DNA from: an uncultured Christensenellaceae bacterium
GTDB taxonomy: Bacteria; Bacillota; Clostridia; Christensenellales; CAG-314
Direction: 5' to 3'
DNA length: 64,000 nucleotides
Assembly (NCBI GenBank): GCA_910586905.1
Contig: CAJUIV010000001.1
Location: 129,987 to 193,986, forward strand
A program made the position numbers and the translations under genes. A model generated the notes under the pieces. That model did not search any database. It had not been told where the DNA came from and saw nothing but the letters and a program-made list of their open reading frames with translations. The first letter of the stretch is position 1, and every line of letters begins with the position of its first letter. Positions 39,252-46,612 of this stretch are shown piece after piece.

Positions 39252-39302
39252 AATATAAACGAATAAATTATGTAACGATTTTCACAAAGAGAACGGCAAG
39301 TA

Positions 39303-39331
39303 TTGACCGCGGCAAAGTTTTATTGTATAAT
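39303..39331 (+). promoter_or_regulatory. Sigma-A type promoter for the glycan/heptose cluster
   Basis: TTGACC - 17 nt - TATAAT. Confidence 0.55.
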
Positions 39332-39434
39332 CATTACAATCGGGTTTAAATAAAACGATTTCTTTTTGGCCGATTACCGTAAAGGCGGTATAAAAAACAA
39401 TAAATAGGTAAAAGCAAAAGATAAGAGGTTTCTA

Positions 39435-40616
39435 ATGTCAAGAAAGTTGAATATTCTTCAAGGCATGGATTGTTATCTTCCCGACGTGGACGGCGTTGTG
39501 AATTGTATGCACAACTACTGTACTCATTTAAGCGACGGCAACAACGTAACCGCCGCTGTGCCTAAAAACAGACGAGGGTATAAGGATAATTTTCCGTACA
39601 GGGTCGTGCGCTGTAACAGTATATTTCTTTTCGGCGATAACGTACATTACGGAATTCCCAAGCTGGACGCAAAATTCAGAAAAACAATTATGGACGGCGA
39701 ATACGATATTATTCACTGTCATTCTCCTTTTGCCACTCCCAAATTTTTGCTTAAAGTTGCCAAAAAGAAAAACGTGCCAATCGTTGCGACATTTCATACC
39801 AATATGGCGACGATTTTTCAGGATATTTCCAAATCCAAATCGTTAACCGAATCTTTCAGTAAATCTCTGGGAAAATTTTACAATAAATTCGACGAAGTAT
39901 TTTGCTGTTCTCCGCTTGTCGAAGAGCAAGTTCGCGCTTGCGGCTATACGGGTAAAGTTACTTATTTGCCTTTCGGTACGGACTTGGAACGGCGTACCGA
40001 CATAGAAGAATTGTGCGGCAAAGCCGACGCCGAGTTAAATATACCGAAAGATAAAATGGTTTTGCTGTACGTAGGCAGAGTGATGAAACTTAAACGTATC
40101 GATTTCACTTTGCGCAGTTTGAAAATTTTAAAAGATAAAGGCTACGATTTCAAATTTTATATAGTGGGAAAAGGAGCCGAAACGCGTAAACTCAAGAGGC
40201 TTACAAAGGAGTTGGAACTGCAGGATTGCGTGGAGTTTTTAGGTTTTGTTAAACGGGAACTTTTGCCGTTGCTTTTTGCTCGCGCAAATTTGTTTGTATT
40301 TCCTTCTTTGTACGATAATTTTGCTCTTGTAAAGGTAGAAGCCGCCGCATATTCGACGCCGGGCGTGTTTATTGCGGATTCTTGCTCGGGATATGGGGTA
40401 ACGGACGGAGTAAACGGTTTTTTGGCTGAAGATAACGACGAGGCTTTTGCCGCTAAAATAGAACAAGCTATAACGGACCCCGAGGTTTTAAAAACAATCG
40501 GGCAAAATGCTTCTCGGGATTTGTATATTCATTGGAAAGACTGCACGTTTAAGTTGCACGAAAGATATTGCGAAATAATTGACGAGTGGAGAAATAACAA
40601 TGCAAATACGAAGTAG
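39435..40616 (+). CDS. GT4-family (GT-B) glycosyltransferase
   Basis: C-terminal region FPSLYDNFALVKVEAAAYSTPGVF (EX7E-type) typical of GT4. Confidence 0.8.
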   Translation: MSRKLNILQGMDCYLPDVDGVVNCMHNYCTHLSDGNNVTAAVPKNRRGYKDNFPYRVVRCNSIFLFGDNVHYGIPKLDAKFRKTIMDGEYDIIHCHSPFATPKFLLKVAKKKNVPIVATFHTNMATIFQDISKSKSLTESFSKSLGKFYNKFDEVFCCSPLVEEQVRACGYTGKVTYLPFGTDLERRTDIEELCGKADAELNIPKDKMVLLYVGRVMKLKRIDFTLRSLKILKDKGYDFKFYIVGKGAETRKLKRLTKELELQDCVEFLGFVKRELLPLLFARANLFVFPSLYDNFALVKVEAAAYSTPGVFIADSCSGYGVTDGVNGFLAEDNDEAFAAKIEQAITDPEVLKTIGQNASRDLYIHWKDCTFKLHERYCEIIDEWRNNNANTK

Positions 40617-41631
40617 AGCGCCGCTGAGAATAGGTCTTGCCGGCGGAGGTACGGATTTGCTGTCTTACAGCGACGTATACGGAGGCGCAGTATTTAATAC
40701 GGCTATAGAAATGTATGCCTACTGCACGATAATACCGACCGACGACGGACGAATCAAAATGATTGCTTACGACAACAACAACACTATGGATTGCGTAAGC
40801 GTTCCTCATTTCAATATAGTAGACGAAAACCTGATTTTACATAAAGGCGTCTATAACCGAATCGTTAAAGACTTTAACGGAGGGAAACCTTTGTCGTTTA
40901 TAATGAGTACCAGTAACGACGCGCCTATCGGTTCAGGACTCGGGACGTCGTCTACGATGGTGGTAGCTATTTTAGAGTGTTTTGACAAATGGCTTAATCT
41001 CGGTTTAACCGATTATGAAAAAGCGTATTTGGCTTACGATATCGAGCGCAACGATTTGAAATTGTCCGGCGGAAAACAAGACCAATATTCTGCCGTGTTC
41101 GGAGGTTTTAACCTTATGGAATTTAAAACCGACGGAAATACTATTGTCAATCAACTGCGGATTGAACAGCATATCGTAGAAGAACTGGAGTGTTCTTTAC
41201 TGCTGTATTACGGAGGAGTAAGCCGCAGTTCCGCAAAGATTATCGACGAGCAGATAAAAAATACGAAATCCAAAAACGAAAAAACAATGGAAGCGATGCA
41301 TCAGCTCAAACAAAACGCTTACGTAATGAAGGACGAAGTGCTTATTGGTAATATGGCGGGCTTCGCCGAGCTGCTGCGTTCTACTTGGGAAAACAAAAAG
41401 AAAACATCTTCTATAATATCCAACAGAGATTTGGAAAACACAATTAACTACGCAATGGAACACGGCGCGGAAGCGGTCAAAGTTTCTGGCGCGGGCGGCG
41501 GCGGATTTTTGATGTTTTACTACAATCCCATAAACAGACAAAAATTGATTGACGCTTTAAAACTGCTGGAGGGAATGGTTTATCCGGTTAATTTTTCTAA
41601 GATGGGCGTTAAAAGCTGGGTAATCAAATAA
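40600..41631 (+). CDS. hddA: D-glycero-alpha-D-manno-heptose 7-phosphate kinase (GHMP kinase)
   Basis: APLRIGLAGGGTD N-terminus and GHMP motif PIGSGLGTSST. Start set at ATG 40600 (GGAG upstream), overlapping the GT4 gene by 17 nt. Heptose-pathway context. Confidence 0.75.
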   Translation: MQIRSRAPLRIGLAGGGTDLLSYSDVYGGAVFNTAIEMYAYCTIIPTDDGRIKMIAYDNNNTMDCVSVPHFNIVDENLILHKGVYNRIVKDFNGGKPLSFIMSTSNDAPIGSGLGTSSTMVVAILECFDKWLNLGLTDYEKAYLAYDIERNDLKLSGGKQDQYSAVFGGFNLMEFKTDGNTIVNQLRIEQHIVEELECSLLLYYGGVSRSSAKIIDEQIKNTKSKNEKTMEAMHQLKQNAYVMKDEVLIGNMAGFAELLRSTWENKKKTSSIISNRDLENTINYAMEHGAEAVKVSGAGGGGFLMFYYNPINRQKLIDALKLLEGMVYPVNFSKMGVKSWVIK

Positions 41632-42917
41632 TGGTAGGCGTTATAGTTGCGGGCGGGCGCGGAACGCGTCTGACGGAAATAACGAAAGACGAAATACCCA
41701 AGCCTATGGCAAAAATGCTGGGGAAACCCGTATTGGAACGCGCAATAGAAAATTTAAAAAAGTACGGTGTAAACGAGATTTACATTACCGTCGGACATTT
41801 GCACCAAGTTATACAAAACTATTTCGGAAAAGGCTCGAAATTCGGCGTTTCTATAAAATACGTGGTGGAAAACGAAAGTATGGGTTCCGCCGGCGCTCTG
41901 TATTTTATCAAAAACGAATTGACCGACGATTTTGTGATGTGTTCGGGAGACGTCGTGTTCGACGTCGATATAGATAGGTTGGTAGCGTTTCACAAACGAA
42001 AAGGCGCTTTGATAACGTTGGTTACGCACCCTAACGCGCATCCGTACGACAGCGACTTGGTGGTCGCCGATAAAAACGCATGCGTGCGTTCGATAAATAA
42101 AAAGAATTCCGAACGGAGTGATTTTTATAAAAATAACGTAAATGCCGGGTTGTTCGTAGTAAACGCTGACGCGTTGGATTTTTTTACACGGCCGTGTAAA
42201 GTTAATATGGAACACGATTTTGTGGCGCGTTATATTCCGGACGGAAAAGTTTATTGTTACAAGACCACCGAATACATAAAAGACGTAGGCACTCCCGAAC
42301 GGTTTGCCTCGACCGAAAAAGATTTGAATTTGGGACTTGTTGCGCAAAAAAATTTACGAAACAAGCAGAAAGCGGTGTTTCTAGATAGGGACGGGGTCGT
42401 TAATAAATACAAAGGTTTTATAAGTTCGTCCGAAGATATAGAACTTTTGCCGAACGTTGCGCAAGCTGTAAAAAGATTGAACGACAGCGGTTATTTAACG
42501 ATTATCGTATCGAATCAGCCCGTAATTGCGCGCGGAGAAAGCAGCTTTGCCGAAGTTGACAAGATGTTCGATAAAATCGAAACGTTGCTTGGACTTAAAG
42601 GCGCGTATATAGACGGATACTACTATTGTCCGCATCATCCCGACGGCGGTTTCGACGGTGAAGTTAAAGAACTGAAATTTGACTGCGAATGCCGAAAACC
42701 CAAAATAGGTATGCTCTTAAAAGCGGCTGCAGACTATAATTTGGAATTGACCGATTGCGTTATAATCGGCGACTCCGATTCCGACGTGCAAACGGGTATG
42801 AACGCAGGCGTTAAAACGATTCGCGTACTTTCGGGCGTTGACGGGCGTCCGCGATTGCAAGCGGACCATGTCGCGGACGATTTGTTTGGGGCGGTAATTT
42901 ATTTGCTTGGAGAATAA
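41631..42917 (+). CDS. Fused heptose-1-phosphate nucleotidyltransferase (HddC-like) / D,D-heptose 1,7-bisphosphate phosphatase (GmhB)
   Basis: N-terminal GGRGTRL nucleotidyltransferase fold. C-terminal HAD with FLDRDGVVN, SNQP and the GmhB zinc motif CPHHP...CECRKP, then GDSDSD. TAATG overlap with hddA. Confidence 0.8.
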   Translation: MVGVIVAGGRGTRLTEITKDEIPKPMAKMLGKPVLERAIENLKKYGVNEIYITVGHLHQVIQNYFGKGSKFGVSIKYVVENESMGSAGALYFIKNELTDDFVMCSGDVVFDVDIDRLVAFHKRKGALITLVTHPNAHPYDSDLVVADKNACVRSINKKNSERSDFYKNNVNAGLFVVNADALDFFTRPCKVNMEHDFVARYIPDGKVYCYKTTEYIKDVGTPERFASTEKDLNLGLVAQKNLRNKQKAVFLDRDGVVNKYKGFISSSEDIELLPNVAQAVKRLNDSGYLTIIVSNQPVIARGESSFAEVDKMFDKIETLLGLKGAYIDGYYYCPHHPDGGFDGEVKELKFDCECRKPKIGMLLKAAADYNLELTDCVIIGDSDSDVQTGMNAGVKTIRVLSGVDGRPRLQADHVADDLFGAVIYLLGE

Positions 42918-42922
42918 GTATA

Positions 42923-43564
42923 ATGAAGAAAGACAGTTTTAAATTCGTGGAAGATTTGTTTTTGCGCCGCGCGGATACCGCGTACTTAAAAAACGCTATA
43001 GAAAGCGCCGTAGACGCGATATGCGGTTTGGGTGAAAATAAAAAAATTCTTTTGTGCGGTAACGGCGGAAGCGCCGCGGACTGCGAGCATTTTGCGGGAG
43101 AACTTAACAAAGGTTTTATCTTAAAGCGCAGAATAACAAACGAACTTGAAAAAAAGATAGACGGTCTTTATCCGGAAGACACGGCATTGTTCGTCAAGCA
43201 TTTGCAGCAAGGCGTTCCAAGCGTTCCGCTGACTTCTTTTATCTCTACAAATACGGCGTATTTGAACGATTGCGAACCCGATTTGCTGTTTGCTCAGGGA
43301 GTAAATTCGTTGGGTAACAGAGGAGATGTTTTGGTGTGTTTCAGTACGTCCGGCAATAGCGCCAACGTGTTGTACGCGGCGAAACTTGCAAAAGCCAAAG
43401 GTCTTACGGTCGTTTCCTTCACAGGCGAAAGCGGCGGTAAACTTAAATATTTAAGCGACGTTTTGCTGAATGTGCCTTCGTCGGTTACACATTTGATACA
43501 AGAATACCATTTATCCTTATATCATACGATCTGTCTGTGCGTCGAAAACGAGCTTTTTGCTTAA
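42923..43564 (+). CDS. gmhA: Phosphoheptose (sedoheptulose-7-phosphate) isomerase
   Basis: SIS-domain motif CGNGGSAADCEHFAGEL and FSTSGNS. Confidence 0.85.
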   Translation: MKKDSFKFVEDLFLRRADTAYLKNAIESAVDAICGLGENKKILLCGNGGSAADCEHFAGELNKGFILKRRITNELEKKIDGLYPEDTALFVKHLQQGVPSVPLTSFISTNTAYLNDCEPDLLFAQGVNSLGNRGDVLVCFSTSGNSANVLYAAKLAKAKGLTVVSFTGESGGKLKYLSDVLLNVPSSVTHLIQEYHLSLYHTICLCVENELFA

Positions 43565-43874
43565 ATAACGTAGAGTATACGGCGTTTTTTATTATCGCGC
43601 GTGTATCGGATTGCGAAAATCAAGCGAAATCAAACGTTAAATATATGCCGTTTAATGTTTTTAAATATAGTTAGCGGCATATATTCTTTCAAGTTACTTC
43701 AAGTCGACTGCGCGTCGGTTCGGTCTACAAACAATAAAAATTAAAAATTGTTCGTAAGATGTTGCTTTTTTTTTAAATTTGTTGTATTATATGTTAGCGT
43801 CTGTTGCGGAGATTTACAGTTTGGAATAAATCGCCAAGCAAACGGATAGGTAAGTCGTTTTAATAAATATATAT

Positions 43875-43951
43875 CTGGGTGTAGCGCAGTTTGGTAGCGC
43901 ACAAGACTGGGGGTCTTGGGGTCGCTGGTTCAAGTCCAGTCACTCAGACCA
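43875..43951 (+). tRNA. tRNA-Pro (anticodon GGG), CCA encoded
   Basis: Hand-folded cloverleaf: acceptor CTGGGTG/CACTCAG, D arm GCGC/GCGC, anticodon stem CAAGA/TCTTG with loop CTGGGGG, T arm GCTGG-TTCAAGT-CCAGT, discriminator A plus CCA. Confidence 0.9.
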
Positions 43952-43962
43952 AATTAACCAAA

Positions 43963-43988
43963 AGCACCGTAAAAACGGTGCTTTTTTG
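43963..43988 (+). terminator. Intrinsic terminator after tRNA-Pro
   Basis: AGCACCGT-AAAA-ACGGTGCT followed by T6. Confidence 0.75.
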
Positions 43989-43994
43989 CTGTTA

Positions 43995-44018
43995 TTTAGG
44001 GGCAAATTTAGGGGCAAA
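43995..44018 (+). repeat. Tandem 12-bp direct repeat TTTAGGGGCAAA x2
   Basis: Two perfect adjacent copies between the tRNA terminator and the recombinase remnant. Confidence 0.9.
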
Positions 44019-44041
44019 ATAATGGGCTTTTTCAAAAGGGG

Positions 44042-44440
44042 TCAAAAGCGGAATTTTGTAGCTTCTTCCTGTTCGAATTTATCTAATATTTTAATATAGT
44101 ATTTGTTGGTTGTTTCGGTCTTTGTATGTCCCATCCATTTGGCAATAACCTTTTGAGATATGCCCTGCTCCGCGCATCGCGTTCCGAACGTAGTTCGGAG
44201 ATCCTTTATTTTGTAATTCGTTTTATTGTTTTCGTTTAATCTTCGGATAAAAGTTTTAAGTGCTTCATACGTAACCGTTCCTATTAGCAGGGGTTTGTTG
44301 TTGGATAAGTCGGTTTTAAGTAATTCGAGGCCTTTAACAAAGACGGGTATTATATGTTTGCAGTTTTATTAATTCGGTTTTCTCGCCGTTTTCATCAAAT
44401 AGTATTCTTTTCGGCTCAACGCCTTTTATTGTAAAAGACA
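44042..44440 (-). pseudogene. Tyrosine recombinase (phage integrase) remnant, N-terminally truncated and frameshifted
   Basis: My translation: MSFTIKGVEPKRILFDENGEKTELIKLQTYN, then a frame change to IPVFVKGLELLK...KIKDLRTTFGTRCAEQGISQKVIAKWMGHTKTETTNKYYIKIL. The DLRxT, GH and terminal Y blocks of the catalytic domain are present. The Arg-I region is absent. Confidence 0.6.
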
Positions 44441-44450
44441 TAATTACCTC

Positions 44451-44684
44451 CTACAATTTAATAGTCAACGTAGAACCGGACAAAACGAACGTGGCATCGA
44501 ATTTGGCTTGGACTTCGTTTAGAACGTCCTCCTTTAAAGCGTCCATTGTCTGCTTGTTAAGCGGCGTGCCTTGCTCGGTCGGATTATCCGCAAAGGTGAT
44601 ATCGTAAGTAGTGCGAGATTTCGTTTGCACGTCCTCTAAAATAACTCTACCCGGATTAGTTGCTTTTCTGTCTTTGAATTCCAT
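44451..44684 (-). CDS. Hypothetical 77-aa protein, resembles the N-terminal segment of Firmicutes phage tail-fibre/baseplate proteins
   Basis: The pattern FKDRKATNPGRVILEDV...ADNPTEQGTPLNKQTMDAL recalls the conserved ...PNR...GTPLN... N-termini of such proteins. From memory, not searched. Confidence 0.4.
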   Translation of the reverse strand: MEFKDRKATNPGRVILEDVQTKSRTTYDITFADNPTEQGTPLNKQTMDALKEDVLNEVQAKFDATFVLSGSTLTIKL

Positions 44685-44720
44685 AATGTTTCTCCTTTTT
44701 ATTTATTTTTTTTGAAATTA

Positions 44721-44763
44721 AAAGACGGCACAAAGGTACTTTAATACCTTTATGCCGTCTTTA
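44721..44763 (-). terminator. Intrinsic terminator downstream of the immunity gene
   Basis: AAAGACGGCACAAAGGTA / TACCTTTATGCCGTCTTT long hairpin, U-rich on the minus-strand side. Confidence 0.6.
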
Positions 44764-44835
44764 CTGTCCTCGTTTTCGGGATCTTTTCTTGGCGTATAAA
44801 GTCAAATTATGCATTTGATTTGAGTTGCAACAACA

Positions 44836-45168
44836 TCATTCAATAAGTTCAAGTATAATGCCCTTAGCAACTTTACTTTTACCTTCATACAATTCAAATC
44901 CTGCATTCATTTGCATTAATTCTTGTGGCGCACTTTCTGATAAATACTTAATCTCTGCAATACTTATATGTCCTTTAATGCTTTTATTATGCACCACACA
45001 AGTCCACAAAGGGACTGTTGACACATTATTATCCCAAATGGGAACATTATACTGATTATCGAATACTATTATTGGATTATATATCCAATCGTTATATTTT
45101 TTTTTAGATACTGCTGGTATTTCTTTTCTAGAAATAAACCACTCTATCTGCACCTTTGCTATTTTCAT
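44836..45168 (-). CDS. Putative cognate immunity protein of the Hint-toxin cassette
   Basis: 110 aa with no signal peptide. ATGA overlap with the toxin stop codon. Same AT-rich, CG-poor composition as the toxin tip. Confidence 0.55.
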   Translation of the reverse strand: MKIAKVQIEWFISRKEIPAVSKKKYNDWIYNPIIVFDNQYNVPIWDNNVSTVPLWTCVVHNKSIKGHISIAEIKYLSESAPQELMQMNAGFELYEGKSKVAKGIILELIE

Positions 45169-46151
45169 AAAATTCTCCTAAAACCCAACATAACCTTATT
45201 TAAATATGTATAATGTGCACTATAAGCCTTTCCGATACCGTCTAATGCATAATTATAATATTGCATTCCTTTTAAACTGCTAGTTGCGACTCTAATTTCT
45301 ACAACATTGAAATTTCCGCTTCCCATCATTTTGTTTCCCCATGTAACTGCATCATCAATAGACGTCGCCATAAACTTATCTTGCATTGTACCAAGCTTAT
45401 GCTTAAATCTTCCATGCTTTGTAAGACTTCCATATTCGGCATCTGACATTGCACGATACAATTTGGTTTCACAATTCTTATTATGTACCAACACACCTGT
45501 TTCAACGTAGTAGGTATGGAAATCCTCTACTTCAAAGTTGTAGGTAGTTTGGGGTGTTTCGTAGTGTATAGAGCGAGTGGCTTGTATTTGGGCTAGTTGT
45601 CCGTCGCTGAGCAGTACCGTATCGCCCGCTTTTAAATCTTGTGCAGATACCCATTGTTTGGTTAGCGGTAAGTAGTACTTATGTCCAGGGGTCGAAACTA
45701 TTTCTTTATCGTTGACCTTTACGCCCACCCAGTCCTTGCTTTCGTTACGAAATAAGCGTACCACTGTTTTGTAGGCTTGTTCGCCCGTTTCCTCATTGTA
45801 GGCTAATACTTTATCTCCGACTTGTACGGCTTCTATATTCTTTGTTCCGTCTTCGCAATGTACTAGTGTCCCAGCTATAAAGCAATACCCTGCACATTCC
45901 GCCAACTCTTGCGCAGGATTCGCATTGGCGCGACTGACGTACTTTATTGTGCTTACACATGTAGAGATAAAGACGAATACTCCTGTAATAAAGAGAGCAT
46001 CAGCAAGAGTTTCTTCCAACTCATCCGTATTCCACTTTCCGCTTATTGCAGAACTTATTGCCCAACCCGCTACTGCAAAGCCAATTCCTATAGATACTTC
46101 TATTAACGCAACTTTTGCTGCCGCAGCCAATGCAGAGACTCCGCCCAACAA
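45165..46151 (-). CDS. Orphan polymorphic-toxin C-terminal cassette: hydrophobic TG-containing region - Hint (PT-HINT) domain - unassigned toxin tip of about 95 aa
   Basis: Hint signature CFIAGTLVHCEDGTKNIEAVQVGDKV...FHTYYVETGVLVHNKNC. Two hydrophobic helices upstream (FITGVFVFISTCV). No N-terminal secretion/trafficking domain. TTG start doubtful. Confidence 0.7.
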   Translation of the reverse strand: MLGGVSALAAAAKVALIEVSIGIGFAVAGWAISSAISGKWNTDELEETLADALFITGVFVFISTCVSTIKYVSRANANPAQELAECAGYCFIAGTLVHCEDGTKNIEAVQVGDKVLAYNEETGEQAYKTVVRLFRNESKDWVGVKVNDKEIVSTPGHKYYLPLTKQWVSAQDLKAGDTVLLSDGQLAQIQATRSIHYETPQTTYNFEVEDFHTYYVETGVLVHNKNCETKLYRAMSDAEYGSLTKHGRFKHKLGTMQDKFMATSIDDAVTWGNKMMGSGNFNVVEIRVATSSLKGMQYYNYALDGIGKAYSAHYTYLNKVMLGFRRIL

Positions 46152-46612
46152 CTGCGCTTCCGGTCCTATTGACGCGCCGCCTGTTGCAACCGCTATACCT
46201 ATTGATGCTATAACCAGTATAGTACCTGCTAACGCTTTCTCCCACGCAGGAATACTTCGCCACCAAGAGCCTATTGTTCCTCACATTCTATCCCACCAAG
46301 TTTGCCCGGGATCATATGCAGGATCTTCGTGCCTCTCCGTTACGGGAAATGCCGTATACGGGCTGCTTTCAAGTGCAAGGGGATTATAGTATAAAGTACA
46401 ACTCCTGTCAATACGCCTTGGCAAATCTGCATTCTCTATTACGGTAGATAAGGGTGCGGCGTCTAAAATTGCCGCTTGCCAACAAGAATAAAATCGTATA
46501 TAATTATATTGTATAAAAAAGTCAATTTGTTCGTCGACTAAGCTTTATAGCTGCGCGAGATATGCGCGATTCGTCGGATTTTTCGGTCTGTGATATTTCG
46601 GAGGCTAAAATT

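Larger units (their letters stand above)
43952..46550. mobile_element. Decayed tRNA-Pro-associated genomic island / prophage remnant
   Basis: Begins at the tRNA 3' end. Contains an integrase remnant, a phage-like fragment and a toxin/immunity cassette. CG-dinucleotide-poor relative to the flanks. No attR copy of the tRNA 3' end seen. Confidence 0.55.

Noticed and set aside
43995-44018. Tandem 12-mer as the start of a CRISPR or minisatellite array.
   Set aside because: There are only two adjacent copies with no spacers. It is more consistent with recombinase arm-type sites or chance duplication next to the att region.
45168-45460. Assigning the toxin tip to the R-S-E ADP-ribosyltransferase clade, based on LYRAMS ... 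FMATS ... VVEIRV.
   Set aside because: The module is only about 95 aa, which is too short for a known ART fold. The STS motif is degenerate (ATS) and there is no ExE/QxE. The resemblance is too weak to call without a profile search.
46281-46283. In-frame TGA in the toxin upstream frame as a possible sense codon (code 4/25) or selenocysteine.
   Set aside because: TGA clearly terminates conserved genes in this window (addB at 19754-19756, the ABC ATPase at 51558-51560, the toxin itself). No SECIS-like hairpin is evident. A nonsense mutation or truncation is the simpler reading.
45925-46389. 154-aa plus-strand ORF and 87-aa minus-strand ORF (46021-46284) overlapping the toxin 5' region.
   Set aside because: These are alternative frames of the Hint-toxin region with no motifs or start signals. 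The toxin frame is the one carrying recognisable domains.
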